Shown piece after piece: positions 1 through 7,919 of a DNA stretch of 28,893 nt. Source of the DNA: a virus (lineage: Duplodnaviria > Caudoviricetes); the IMG/VR virus record IMGVR_UViG_3300037722_000203, positions 1 to 28,893 of that record; one strand, 5' to 3'. The notes under the pieces were generated by a model. That model saw only the letters and a program-made list of their open reading frames with translations. It did not search any database and was not told where the DNA came from. Both the position numbers and the translations under genes were made by a program. Position 1 is the stretch's first letter, and each line of letters starts with the position of its first letter.

Positions 1-1829
1 TGATCGGCACATTCATCGACATTCTCACGTCGTACCTCTACGCCAAAGACCCGGACATGAACTGTCGGCCGGCGCCGCGGGTGACGAGCACGCCTGAGAA
101 CCCGATGGACCCGGCCGTGATGATGGCCGATCAAGCGCGCCGCAAGACCGAGGCTGATCGGCAGGCGTTCGCCGAGACGCTCGAGATCGTGGTATCGCGG
201 CTATGGAAGGAAGGGAAGCTCAAGAAGGCCGCTCGCAAGACGGTGCGCTCTGTGCTATCGGTCGGAGTCGGCTGGATCAAGGTCGTGATGCTGAGCAACA
301 AGGACACCGACCCTGAGGTTGCGAACCAGCTACGCGACGCTCAGGACAACATCGAGAAGCTACGGCTCGCGCAAGCCGAGCTCGCCGAGGGCGCGGTGGA
401 TGACACCGAGGTCAAGGTCAAGGAGATGGAGCGTCTTGCCGCGGGGCTCGAAGCGAACCTCGAAGTGGTCGTGAGCCGGTTTCTGGCGATCGACTTCTGT
501 GCCGCCGAGGACGTGCAGATGTCTCTGGACGTGCACGACATGGACGACTACCTGGCCGCAGGGTGGATGTCCAACGCGATCTACAAGCCGAAGTCTGAAT
601 TGCGGGCGATGTTCCCGCGGCTGACCGAGGATCAAGTCAAAGAGGCGACGTGCTACTACCAGAAGCGGCCCGACGACTACTCCGCGCTGCTGGATCAGTA
701 CGGCTCGCGGATTGTGAGCGACGATGACGCGGAGCAGTTCACGCGCTCTGATAAGGGCGGCGCCGGGCCGGACGAAGACACGGTGGAGTTCGGGCGCATC
801 GTGGAGATCTGGGATCACCGCGACAACATGATCAAGACGACGATCGAGGGCGTGAAGTGCTGGCCGAAAGAGCCGTTTGCGCCGCAGTTCGCAACGTTAC
901 GGTTCTATCCGTACTTTCAGCTCGCGTTCTTCGAGGTCGATGGTGCTCGGCACCCACAGTCGTTGTCGTGGCGGCTGGCGAAGCTGCAAGACGAGTACTC
1001 TCGCAGCCGTTCGAGCTGGCGTTTGACTCGCGAGCGGGCCGTGCCCGGGACGTTGTTCAACGCCGAGCAGATAGGCCCCGAAGAGGCGAAGAAGCTCGAG
1101 AAGTCCACGCAGCAGGAATTCACGGGGCTGAAGACGACGAACCCCAATGTGCCATTTCGCGATCTGTTCGCCGAGAAGCCGGTGTCGAAGGTCGATCCTG
1201 GACTATTCGAGAACGGCCCGATCCTATCCGACATGGAGAAGATCAGCGGCGTGCAAGAGGCTCTTCAGGCGAGCGTGCAGACCGCGAAGACTGCGACCGA
1301 GGCTGAGATTCAGCAGTCCGGCTTCGCGTCGCGCACGTCGTTTGACCGCGATCTGCTTGAAGACATGCTTTCTGACATGGCGCTGTACACCGCGCAGCTC
1401 GCGCTGAAGGGCGTTGATCTTGCGACCGCGCAGAAGATCGCCGGTCCCGAGGCGTTCTGGCCGGTGGACCTGCCCGTAGAGGACTTGCTCACGCTGTTGT
1501 CGGTGGAGATTACGGCTGGAAGTACTGGTAAGCCGAACACGGCGGCCGAGAAAGAGGCGTGGTCCGTGGCACTGCCGCTCATTCGGGAACTGATGGTGCA
1601 AATTCAGGAAGTGCAGTTGGTCGGCAACATGCCGATGGCGAGTGCGCTGACCGAGCTATTGCGCGAGACGCTCGAGAGGCTCGGCGACAGGATCGACGTT
1701 GAACGCTTCCTGCCGACTGCGCCTGTTCAGCCGATGGCACCTGCTGTCGGTCCTGAAGGTTTGCCGCTGCCGCCAGCCCCGGGTCCCCTGCCGTCTGGTG
1801 CGGCGGCTGTTTCACCCATTGCCGCATAA
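1..1829 (+). CDS. Portal protein (partial; the frame is open from the window's left edge)
   Basis: The frame of ORF 57..1829 continues upstream without a stop (IGTFIDILTSYLYAKDPD...). Podoviral portal-like segments (GVGWIKV, IVEIWD, TATEAEIQQSG). Lies directly upstream of scaffold and capsid genes. Confidence 0.85.
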   Translation, partial: IGTFIDILTSYLYAKDPDMNCRPAPRVTSTPENPMDPAVMMADQARRKTEADRQAFAETLEIVVSRLWKEGKLKKAARKTVRSVLSVGVGWIKVVMLSNKDTDPEVANQLRDAQDNIEKLRLAQAELAEGAVDDTEVKVKEMERLAAGLEANLEVVVSRFLAIDFCAAEDVQMSLDVHDMDDYLAAGWMSNAIYKPKSELRAMFPRLTEDQVKEATCYYQKRPDDYSALLDQYGSRIVSDDDAEQFTRSDKGGAGPDEDTVEFGRIVEIWDHRDNMIKTTIEGVKCWPKEPFAPQFATLRFYPYFQLAFFEVDGARHPQSLSWRLAKLQDEYSRSRSSWRLTRERAVPGTLFNAEQIGPEEAKKLEKSTQQEFTGLKTTNPNVPFRDLFAEKPVSKVDPGLFENGPILSDMEKISGVQEALQASVQTAKTATEAEIQQSGFASRTSFDRDLLEDMLSDMALYTAQLALKGVDLATAQKIAGPEAFWPVDLPVEDLLTLLSVEITAGSTGKPNTAAEKEAWSVALPLIRELMVQIQEVQLVGNMPMASALTELLRETLERLGDRIDVERFLPTAPVQPMAPAVGPEGLPLPPAPGPLPSGAAAVSPIAA

Positions 1830-1838
1830 GAGGATCAC

Positions 1839-2885
1839 ATGCCACCCGAAGACGAGATCGAACAGAAAGACGTCGTAGAACCGGAAGCTCCTGCGCCGGA
1901 GACGCCCGACAAGCCCGACAAGCCGGAAGGTGAAGCCGAGCTCATGAAGGCCGTGAGCGACGCGATCGACGAGGAAACTCCCGAGGCGTTGCGCGCGAAG
2001 AAGCCGGATGTCGTCGAGCCCGAAGCGGAGAAGCCCGGCGAGAAGCCGAAGGATCCGAAAGCGGCGAAACCCGAGAAGCCCGAGGGCGGCAAGGAACCTC
2101 CTGCCGAACCAGATCACGTCAATGACGCGATACCGGAGTGGATCAAGGGCAAGACGCGGGCGCGCATGGAGTCGCTTGTCGGCTCCGTGAAGTCGACGAC
2201 GGCGGAGCGCGACAAGTACCGTTCAGAGCGCGACGAGCTGATCGGCGCGATCCGTGACACCGGGGCAGATGTCGATACCGTGGGCCGCACGTTTGAAGTG
2301 CTGCGGCAGATGCACTCGAAGAGCCCGGAGGAACGCAGGCAGGCGAGCAAGTGGCTGCGCTCCGCGGCGGACAAACTCGCCGAAGAGATAGGCGACGTTG
2401 TTCCCGGCACCGACGTGCTTTCGAAGTATCCGGACCTCAAGCAGCGCGTGGAAGCTGGCGACATCACGGCCGAGCTCGCAGCCGAGCTTGCGGCTGGACG
2501 CAATGCGAAGGCCGCAGGCGAAGCACGCTCGTTGCAGGACCGCCAAACGACCGAGCAGCAGCAACAGCACCAAGCGGCGGTGACGGCCGGCGCAACCGCG
2601 CTGAACGCCTTGGAAGCGCAACTGAAGGCTGATCCAGACTACGAGCGCAAGAAAGCGATCATCCTGCCTGGCCTGCTCGCGGTGCGTGAAACCGTGCATC
2701 CGAGCAAATGGGCCGCGATGTTTCGGGCGCAGTACGAAAAAGTCGTGCTACCGAAGGCAGCGAACGGTGCGCTACCAGCAGAGCCGTTGCGAGGCCGACA
2801 GCCTGCTGGTGGCGGCGGCGAGCGACAGCCTGGCTCGGCACTCGAAGCGATGGAGCGCGGGCTAGCGGATGCCGTGAGGCGTTGA
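1839..2885 (+). CDS. Capsid scaffolding protein
   Basis: Follows the portal, with RBS GAGGA. Low-complexity E/P/K-rich N-terminus, coiled-coil-like middle and short charged C-terminal helix. Confidence 0.7.
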   Translation: MPPEDEIEQKDVVEPEAPAPETPDKPDKPEGEAELMKAVSDAIDEETPEALRAKKPDVVEPEAEKPGEKPKDPKAAKPEKPEGGKEPPAEPDHVNDAIPEWIKGKTRARMESLVGSVKSTTAERDKYRSERDELIGAIRDTGADVDTVGRTFEVLRQMHSKSPEERRQASKWLRSAADKLAEEIGDVVPGTDVLSKYPDLKQRVEAGDITAELAAELAAGRNAKAAGEARSLQDRQTTEQQQQHQAAVTAGATALNALEAQLKADPDYERKKAIILPGLLAVRETVHPSKWAAMFRAQYEKVVLPKAANGALPAEPLRGRQPAGGGGERQPGSALEAMERGLADAVRR

Positions 2886-3526
2886 AACGGTCACGGACGC
2901 TACCGCCTGATCCTGCGAGCTGCGGCCACGGCGACCGAATCTTGATGACCACGAATACCGAGTGGTACGGGCGCTCGACACGAGAGCGAACGATCTTTGA
3001 CCCGGACTTTCGCGTGAAGCGAGGCGAGATTCGCATAATCCGCGAGCTGGATCAGTGGGCGCGCGATCGAATGCCGTTGGACTACGTGATGGTCGCACCG
3101 CGCGTGAAGGGAACGTACTCGGCCGACAACAAGGATTGGGGCTGGGAGAAGTGGGCCGAGCTCGCCAGGCGTTCCTCGTATCCGCTGCTGCACTGTGACG
3201 ACGGCTCGCGTCCGTTCCTCGGGGGTGCCGCATCGTTGATCACGCCGACGTTCGATCATGCGGTAGCCGTGCTCTCGCTGTGCCGCGGCATCGTGACGAC
3301 CGAGGGAGGGTTGCACCATGCAGCCGGAGCGCTGCGCAAGCCTGCGGTCGTGATCTTCGGAGCGTTCAACCGGCCGGAGAATCTCGGCTATCGTAAACAC
3401 GTCAACCTCGCCGAGCCTGACCCTGAGTGCCTCGGCCAGCGCAAGTCGAATCCTGCCTGCCGGGCCGCGATGGAGCGAATCACGGTGGATCGCGTGCTTG
3501 AAGCGATGTCCCGTGCGTTTGATTGA
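2882..3526 (+). CDS. GT9 (ADP-heptosyltransferase-like, GT-B) glycosyltransferase
   Basis: GHGDRILMT, NKDWGWEKWAEL and TTEGGLHHAAGALRKPAVVIFG resemble GT9 motifs. The start is placed at TTG 2882, overlapping the scaffold TGA; the ORF-track start at 2708 lies inside the scaffold gene. Confidence 0.7.
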   Translation: MKRSRTLPPDPASCGHGDRILMTTNTEWYGRSTRERTIFDPDFRVKRGEIRIIRELDQWARDRMPLDYVMVAPRVKGTYSADNKDWGWEKWAELARRSSYPLLHCDDGSRPFLGGAASLITPTFDHAVAVLSLCRGIVTTEGGLHHAAGALRKPAVVIFGAFNRPENLGYRKHVNLAEPDPECLGQRKSNPACRAAMERITVDRVLEAMSRAFD

Positions 3527-4043
3527 CAGCTACTTCGCGCGTCGCCGATGTCCAGAGTGGGGCTGGTTTCGCGTCGGCGCCGCGATCGTATGCGTGCCGA
3601 AGAAGTGCGGCTCGACGAGCTTTCGATTCGCGCTGTTGCCAAAGCGCCGGATGTCGGACTTCTTGAGCCGCTATCGGCCGATGACGAATGAAGAGGCGAA
3701 AAGCTACGGGCTGCCGTGCTATCTCGCTGTTCGGGACCCCGTGTCACGGTTCGCGAGCTTCTACTCCACCGTACAGCGCGCGACGGACTTCAAGCCGCTG
3801 CGCGGACTGTCGCCTGATCGGCTGCTCGACGTGATCGAGCCGCATCTGCACGAAGACGCGCACTGGCAGCCGCAAGCCGATTACCTGATTACAACGGCGA
3901 CGCTCGTGCCGTACACGCGACTGCTCGAGCTGCTCGAACTGCCGCCAGTGTGGGCCGAGAGATCGGAGCGCAAGGCCCAGATGCCGGAGACACGAATCCT
4001 GTCGCTGTACGCCAAGGACGCAGAGCTGTGGGCGACACGGTAG
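3513..4043 (+). CDS. PAPS-dependent sulfotransferase (Sulfotransfer_2-like)
   Basis: 5'-PSB-like VPKKCGSTS, 3'-PB-like VRDPVSRFASFY and the DAHWQPQ motif. Start uncertain (3498, 3513 or 3519). Confidence 0.75.
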   Translation: MRLIDSYFARRRCPEWGWFRVGAAIVCVPKKCGSTSFRFALLPKRRMSDFLSRYRPMTNEEAKSYGLPCYLAVRDPVSRFASFYSTVQRATDFKPLRGLSPDRLLDVIEPHLHEDAHWQPQADYLITTATLVPYTRLLELLELPPVWAERSERKAQMPETRILSLYAKDAELWATR

Positions 4044-4750
4044 CCTGCTTCTTGTGGCCCGGCCGAGGCTATCAGCCGGAGCACGTCAACATCTTGCAGC
4101 GTGCCGTCGCGAGGAACATGACACGTGTCATGTTCGCGTGCGTAACTGACGGATTCGACAAGGGATTGTTCAACGAACACGTCGAAGTGATCGACACGCC
4201 CCCCGAAGCCCTGGCGCTCGCGGATCTAAAGAACCCTGAAGGCGAAAGGTTTCCGTCTTCGTACCGCAGGATATGGACGTTCTCGAAGGACGCGCGCTGT
4301 CTCGGCGATCGAGTGCTGGTGCTCGACGTCGACTGCGTGATCACTCGCAGTCTGGAGCCGCTGTTCGATTTCTCGCCGGCTGATTTCGTCGGCTGGCGAC
4401 CGAGCTCAGCATGGGGCAAGCGCGGGAGACTCGGCGGCGGGACATGGCTGCATCGAACCGGGACTCTCACCCACCTGTGGGAGCAGTTCATCCGCGATCC
4501 GAACGCGTCGATCGAGGACGCAAAGCAAGCCGGTTGGAACGGATCGGATCAGGCGCTCTTGAGCCATTGGCTCGCGGATCGAGTGCCGGTGTGGCCTGAA
4601 GGACATGGGATAATGCAGTCACAAGACTATAAGACGAAAAACAAGAGAGACGAATGGCCGCTGCCAGAAAGCGCTCGAATATGTCACTTCAATGGGCGTC
4701 GAAAACCTTGGGATTGTGAATGGTCATGGGTAAAGGAACATTGGCGATGA
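4028..4750 (+). CDS. GT-A fold (GT8-like) glycosyltransferase
   Basis: N-terminal VACFLW..GYQPEHVNIL, DxD motif VLDVDCVI, SDQ, and C-terminal ICHFNGRRKPW. Start placed at GTG 4028, overlapping the end of the previous gene. Confidence 0.75.
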   Translation: MGDTVACFLWPGRGYQPEHVNILQRAVARNMTRVMFACVTDGFDKGLFNEHVEVIDTPPEALALADLKNPEGERFPSSYRRIWTFSKDARCLGDRVLVLDVDCVITRSLEPLFDFSPADFVGWRPSSAWGKRGRLGGGTWLHRTGTLTHLWEQFIRDPNASIEDAKQAGWNGSDQALLSHWLADRVPVWPEGHGIMQSQDYKTKNKRDEWPLPESARICHFNGRRKPWDCEWSWVKEHWR

Positions 4751-5277
4751 ACGAAGAGTGGAAGACCATACGAGGATACGAAGGGTTCTACGAGGTCAGC
4801 GACCTTGGCCGCGTTCGATCATTGGACAGAACGGATTGTGGCGGTTACAAGCGCCGTGGCCGAGTGCTCAAGCCAGGAACCAAAGCGCATGGACACAAGT
4901 TCTTGATTCTCTGTGGAAGGGACGGCTCGAAACGCAATAGACACATTCACGATTTAGTGCTTACGACCTTTGTCGGAGATCGGCCAGAAGGGATGGAGGG
5001 ATGTCACGGAGACGGTGATGCAGGTAATAATCGGCTCGACAATCTGCGATGGGACACGCACGTTCGCAACGTGCGAGATACCGTTAAGCATGGCACCGTT
5101 GCACGCGGACAGGCCCACGGAATGGCAACGCTAAGCGAAGCGGACGCGCGTTCTATTTTCGATCTCGCGTCTGCCGGTGTAGATCAAAAGCAAATTGCAC
5201 TCGGCCTAAAAATAACCCCAGGCCATGTACTAAACATCTTGCGTGGTAAGCGATGGGCGCATTTGTGTCCACGCTGA
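4747..5277 (+). CDS. NUMOD4-HNH homing endonuclease (free-standing)
   Basis: EEWKTIRGYEGFYEVSDLGRVRS (NUMOD4), CHGDGDAGNNRLDNLRW (HNH) and a C-terminal HTH-like segment. ATGA overlap with the upstream stop codon. More AT-rich than neighbouring genes. Confidence 0.9.
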   Translation: MNEEWKTIRGYEGFYEVSDLGRVRSLDRTDCGGYKRRGRVLKPGTKAHGHKFLILCGRDGSKRNRHIHDLVLTTFVGDRPEGMEGCHGDGDAGNNRLDNLRWDTHVRNVRDTVKHGTVARGQAHGMATLSEADARSIFDLASAGVDQKQIALGLKITPGHVLNILRGKRWAHLCPR

Positions 5278-6044
5278 TCTGCGAGATCGTCGGCAAGTAT
5301 CGCGGCCCGATTTTGATAGTCGCTGGCGGCCCAAGTACGTTGACTGACTTGCCGCGCCTCAAGGAAATGGGCGTCGTTCCGACTGCTGTGCTATCAGCAA
5401 ATCACCATGGCTATATGCAGGACTGGTTCGCTCCTGACTTCTCCGTGTGTTGTGACCCATCTCACGGAGAAACTCAGCAGAACATGGGCACGTTTCTGCA
5501 CAGCTTCGGCAAGCCGATCATCACGCGCTGTCACTTCGGCGACTACCGGCTGCCGGAGTGGCGGCACTCGGCGAACAGCGGGCTGACGGCCGTCGCGGTT
5601 GCGGTGGCGCTGGGCGGTAATCCCGTGATCGTGACCGGCATCGACTGCTACCGCATGACGAGCGATGTCGTGTACTTCCACGATCCGAAGGCGATAAGCA
5701 ATTCGACACGGAAGCTGCCGATCAACTTCCGCAAGCAGATCACGAACATCAAGCAACTGTGCGACGGCGCGCACATCCGCCCGATGAGCGGCCCGCTGTG
5801 CGATCACTTCCCGACGTTCGATCCTGCCGAGAAGCTCCGGCCGGTGCGGACGCCGCCATTCGTCGACCGGCTCGCCGAGACGAAGCCGATCATGGTGCGT
5901 GCTGTGTACAAGAAGCACTTCAACTTCGGCGTGGGCCGCGTGCCGAAGGGATTCGTGTTCCCGGTGTCGGCGTTCGAGGCGCGCTCGCTCGAAGGAAATC
6001 ACTACGCGAAAGTTTTGTCTTATGCGCCTGAGTTGTTACGGTGA
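5253..6044 (+). CDS. Maf/MptE-like (CstII/GT42-related) putative glycosyltransferase
   Basis: ILIVAGGPS and NSGLTAVAVAVALGGNPVIVTGIDCY parallel the GxGPS and SG...A..LG...I.L.GIDFY motifs of CstII/Maf-family enzymes. Start is ATG 5253 or GTG 5265. Confidence 0.65.
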   Translation: MGAFVSTLICEIVGKYRGPILIVAGGPSTLTDLPRLKEMGVVPTAVLSANHHGYMQDWFAPDFSVCCDPSHGETQQNMGTFLHSFGKPIITRCHFGDYRLPEWRHSANSGLTAVAVAVALGGNPVIVTGIDCYRMTSDVVYFHDPKAISNSTRKLPINFRKQITNIKQLCDGAHIRPMSGPLCDHFPTFDPAEKLRPVRTPPFVDRLAETKPIMVRAVYKKHFNFGVGRVPKGFVFPVSAFEARSLEGNHYAKVLSYAPELLR

Positions 6045-6595
6045 AAGGCATGAAAGAACGCTGGCGCGCGGTAGTCGATTACGAGGGGCTTTACGAAGTC
6101 AGCGATCAGGGGCGAGTCAAGTCACTGCCGCGCGCTACTACGCGAGGCGGAATCCTCAAGCCGATTCCATACGGCACGCTCGGACATCTCCGCGTCAACC
6201 TATCCAAGGATGGGAAGGCGCGGCTGCATTTCGTGCATACGCTCGTCCTGACTGCATTTGTCGGCCCGCGTCCCGAAGGGAAGGAAGGGTGTCACTACCC
6301 TGATCGCGATCCGACGAACAATCGGCTCGGGAATCTGATGTGGGGCACGAGGCTCGAAAACATGATGCACAAGACAATTCATGGCACTCATCCTGACCGG
6401 CGCGGGGAGAACCATCCTCTGGCAAAGCTGAGCGACAGCAAGATCGCATTTATTTTCGAGTGTTCGCGCGCTGGCAATTCTCAGAAGTACATCGCTTTGA
6501 CATTGGGCGTTGATCCGTCCGAAATAAGCCGGGTCTTGTCCGGCAAGCGATGGAACCATTTGTTGCCGTCAAGTAATAACAATTCCGTAGAGTGA
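6041..6595 (+). CDS. NUMOD4-HNH homing endonuclease (free-standing)
   Basis: ERWRAVVDYEGLYEVSDQGRVKS, CHYPDRDPTNNRLGNLMW, GENHPLAKL and a C-terminal HTH. Same architecture as 4747..5277. Start is GTG 6041 or ATG 6050. Confidence 0.9.
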   Translation: MKGMKERWRAVVDYEGLYEVSDQGRVKSLPRATTRGGILKPIPYGTLGHLRVNLSKDGKARLHFVHTLVLTAFVGPRPEGKEGCHYPDRDPTNNRLGNLMWGTRLENMMHKTIHGTHPDRRGENHPLAKLSDSKIAFIFECSRAGNSQKYIALTLGVDPSEISRVLSGKRWNHLLPSSNNNSVE

Positions 6596-6615
6596 TATAA
6601 GGGACTCGACAAGTC

Positions 6616-6636
6616 CGCTCAGCATGAGCGTTTTGT
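6616..6636 (+). terminator. Possible intrinsic terminator after the HNH gene
   Basis: CGCTCA-gca-TGAGCG hairpin followed by TTTTGT. Short stem and short U-tract. Confidence 0.35.
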
Positions 6637-6637
6637 G

Positions 6638-6799
6638 TCCGAGGCAGCGCAAAGTGTTCGACAATCTCGACGCGCTAAGTGCTGCGCCCAAACTCGGAAC
6701 AGGCCGGGAGTTCGTCGCCTGGCATAGCTAAGAAATGAGGAGTCGCGAACCTCCATGGGCATGCGTGTTTCACACATGGCTCCCCTGGAGGGTATCTAT
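6638..6799 (+). promoter_or_regulatory. Structured 5' leader of the major capsid gene
   Basis: Nested pairings TCCGAG(6638-43)/CTCGGA(6693-98) and GCAGCGC(6644-50)/GTGCTGC(6679-85), then GCCGGG(6703-08)/CCTGGC(6718-23) and GGAG(6739-42)/CTCC(6751-54). RBS GGAGGG at 6787-6792. Confidence 0.45.
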
Positions 6800-7876
6800 A
6801 CGTCGTTTACAACCGAGCAGCTCGCCTACGCAGGCAAAGCAGCGATCGACTTCTTCCTGAAGAACGACCCGATCGACCAAATCAACACGAGCCGGCCGCT
6901 TTACTCGAAGCTGGTCAGCAAGAAGAAAGACTACGCAGGCGGTTTGCAGTACGTCGTCGAGCAGCTCCGCTACTCGAACGACAGCAACTTCCAGGCGTAC
7001 TTCGGTGACAGCCAAGTAACCTACAACCGCAAGCGCACGCTCGAGCAGGCCAAGTACTCGTGGGGCAGCTTCCACGACGGCTTCGGTCTGAACGAGGACG
7101 AGCTCACGCAGAACGGCATCATCATGACGGACGACCGCAACGCGGTGCCGTCCGATTCCGAGAAGGTGCAGCTCACGAACCTCCTGAAGGAAAACCACGA
7201 GACGCTGAAGCTCGGGTTCCAGGAGAACTTCGACATCATGCTTCACCGCGACGGCACGCAGGATGCCGAGGAGATTCCGGGCCTCGACGCCTTGGTCTCC
7301 GTCGAGCCTTCGGCCGGCAACGTTGGCACGATCGCAGCGTCGAACGCGTGGTGGCAGAACTATGTCGATCTGGACATCAACACGCCCACGGAGTCGCTGA
7401 TCTCGGCGGCCGAAGTGGCGTGGCGCGCGTGCATCCTGCGCGGTGGCGAGCCGCCCGACTTCTTCCTGTGCGGCTCGGACTTCCTGGACGCGTGGCGCAC
7501 GGAAGCCAAGAGCGACTCAGGGCTCACTCGCCAGGTAATCCTCGGCGGCAACGGCGGCAACATGAAGGGAGCGACGCTGGATGCCGGTATCGGCAACGGG
7601 ACGAGCACGGGCCTTTACTTCAAGGGCATCGAGCTGATCTGGGATCCGGTGTTCGACACGCTCGACACGCTCGACGCTCCCACCGAGGAGTGGTCGAAGC
7701 GCGGCTACCTGCTCAACACGAAGTACCTGACCCTGCGCCCGATCAAAGGGCACTGGCTGGTCAGCCGCAAGCCGCCGCGTGTCTATGATCGCTACGTTCA
7801 TTATTGGGCACTTACGGCTAAGGCTGCGATGACGACAGGGAAAAGGAACGCCCACGCTTTGCTCCATATAGCCTAG
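6800..7876 (+). CDS. Major capsid protein (HK97 fold)
   Basis: About 360 aa, located after portal and scaffold, with strongly biased codon usage and a capsid-like C-terminal P-domain pattern (LYFKGIELIWDP, GYLLNTKYLTL). The best RBS points to ACG at 6800; alternative in-frame ATGs lie at 6755, 6761 and 6776. Confidence 0.85.
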   Translation, partial: TSFTTEQLAYAGKAAIDFFLKNDPIDQINTSRPLYSKLVSKKKDYAGGLQYVVEQLRYSNDSNFQAYFGDSQVTYNRKRTLEQAKYSWGSFHDGFGLNEDELTQNGIIMTDDRNAVPSDSEKVQLTNLLKENHETLKLGFQENFDIMLHRDGTQDAEEIPGLDALVSVEPSAGNVGTIAASNAWWQNYVDLDINTPTESLISAAEVAWRACILRGGEPPDFFLCGSDFLDAWRTEAKSDSGLTRQVILGGNGGNMKGATLDAGIGNGTSTGLYFKGIELIWDPVFDTLDTLDAPTEEWSKRGYLLNTKYLTLRPIKGHWLVSRKPPRVYDRYVHYWALTAKAAMTTGKRNAHALLHIA

Positions 7877-7883
7877 AACTTTC

Positions 7884-7916
7884 TGCTATGATAACCGCTC
7901 CTAAACATGGAGCGGT
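7884..7916 (+). promoter_or_regulatory. Extended -10 promoter plus RBS-sequestering hairpin for the HNH gene
   Basis: TGcTATGAT at 7884-7892. Perfect 8-bp inverted repeat ACCGCTCC(7894-7901)/GGAGCGGT(7909-7916) whose 3' arm contains the GGAG RBS for ATG 7920. Confidence 0.55.
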
Positions 7917-7919
7917 GTC

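Noticed and set aside
2708-2881. Long overlap of the GT9-like ORF with the scaffold gene
   Set aside because: The translation is not protein-like in this stretch, and a coupled TTG at 2882 explains the gene.
6755-6799. ATG 6755 as the capsid start
   Set aside because: Its GGAG is about 12 nt away and paired with CTCC, and a better RBS lies downstream. Not fully excluded.
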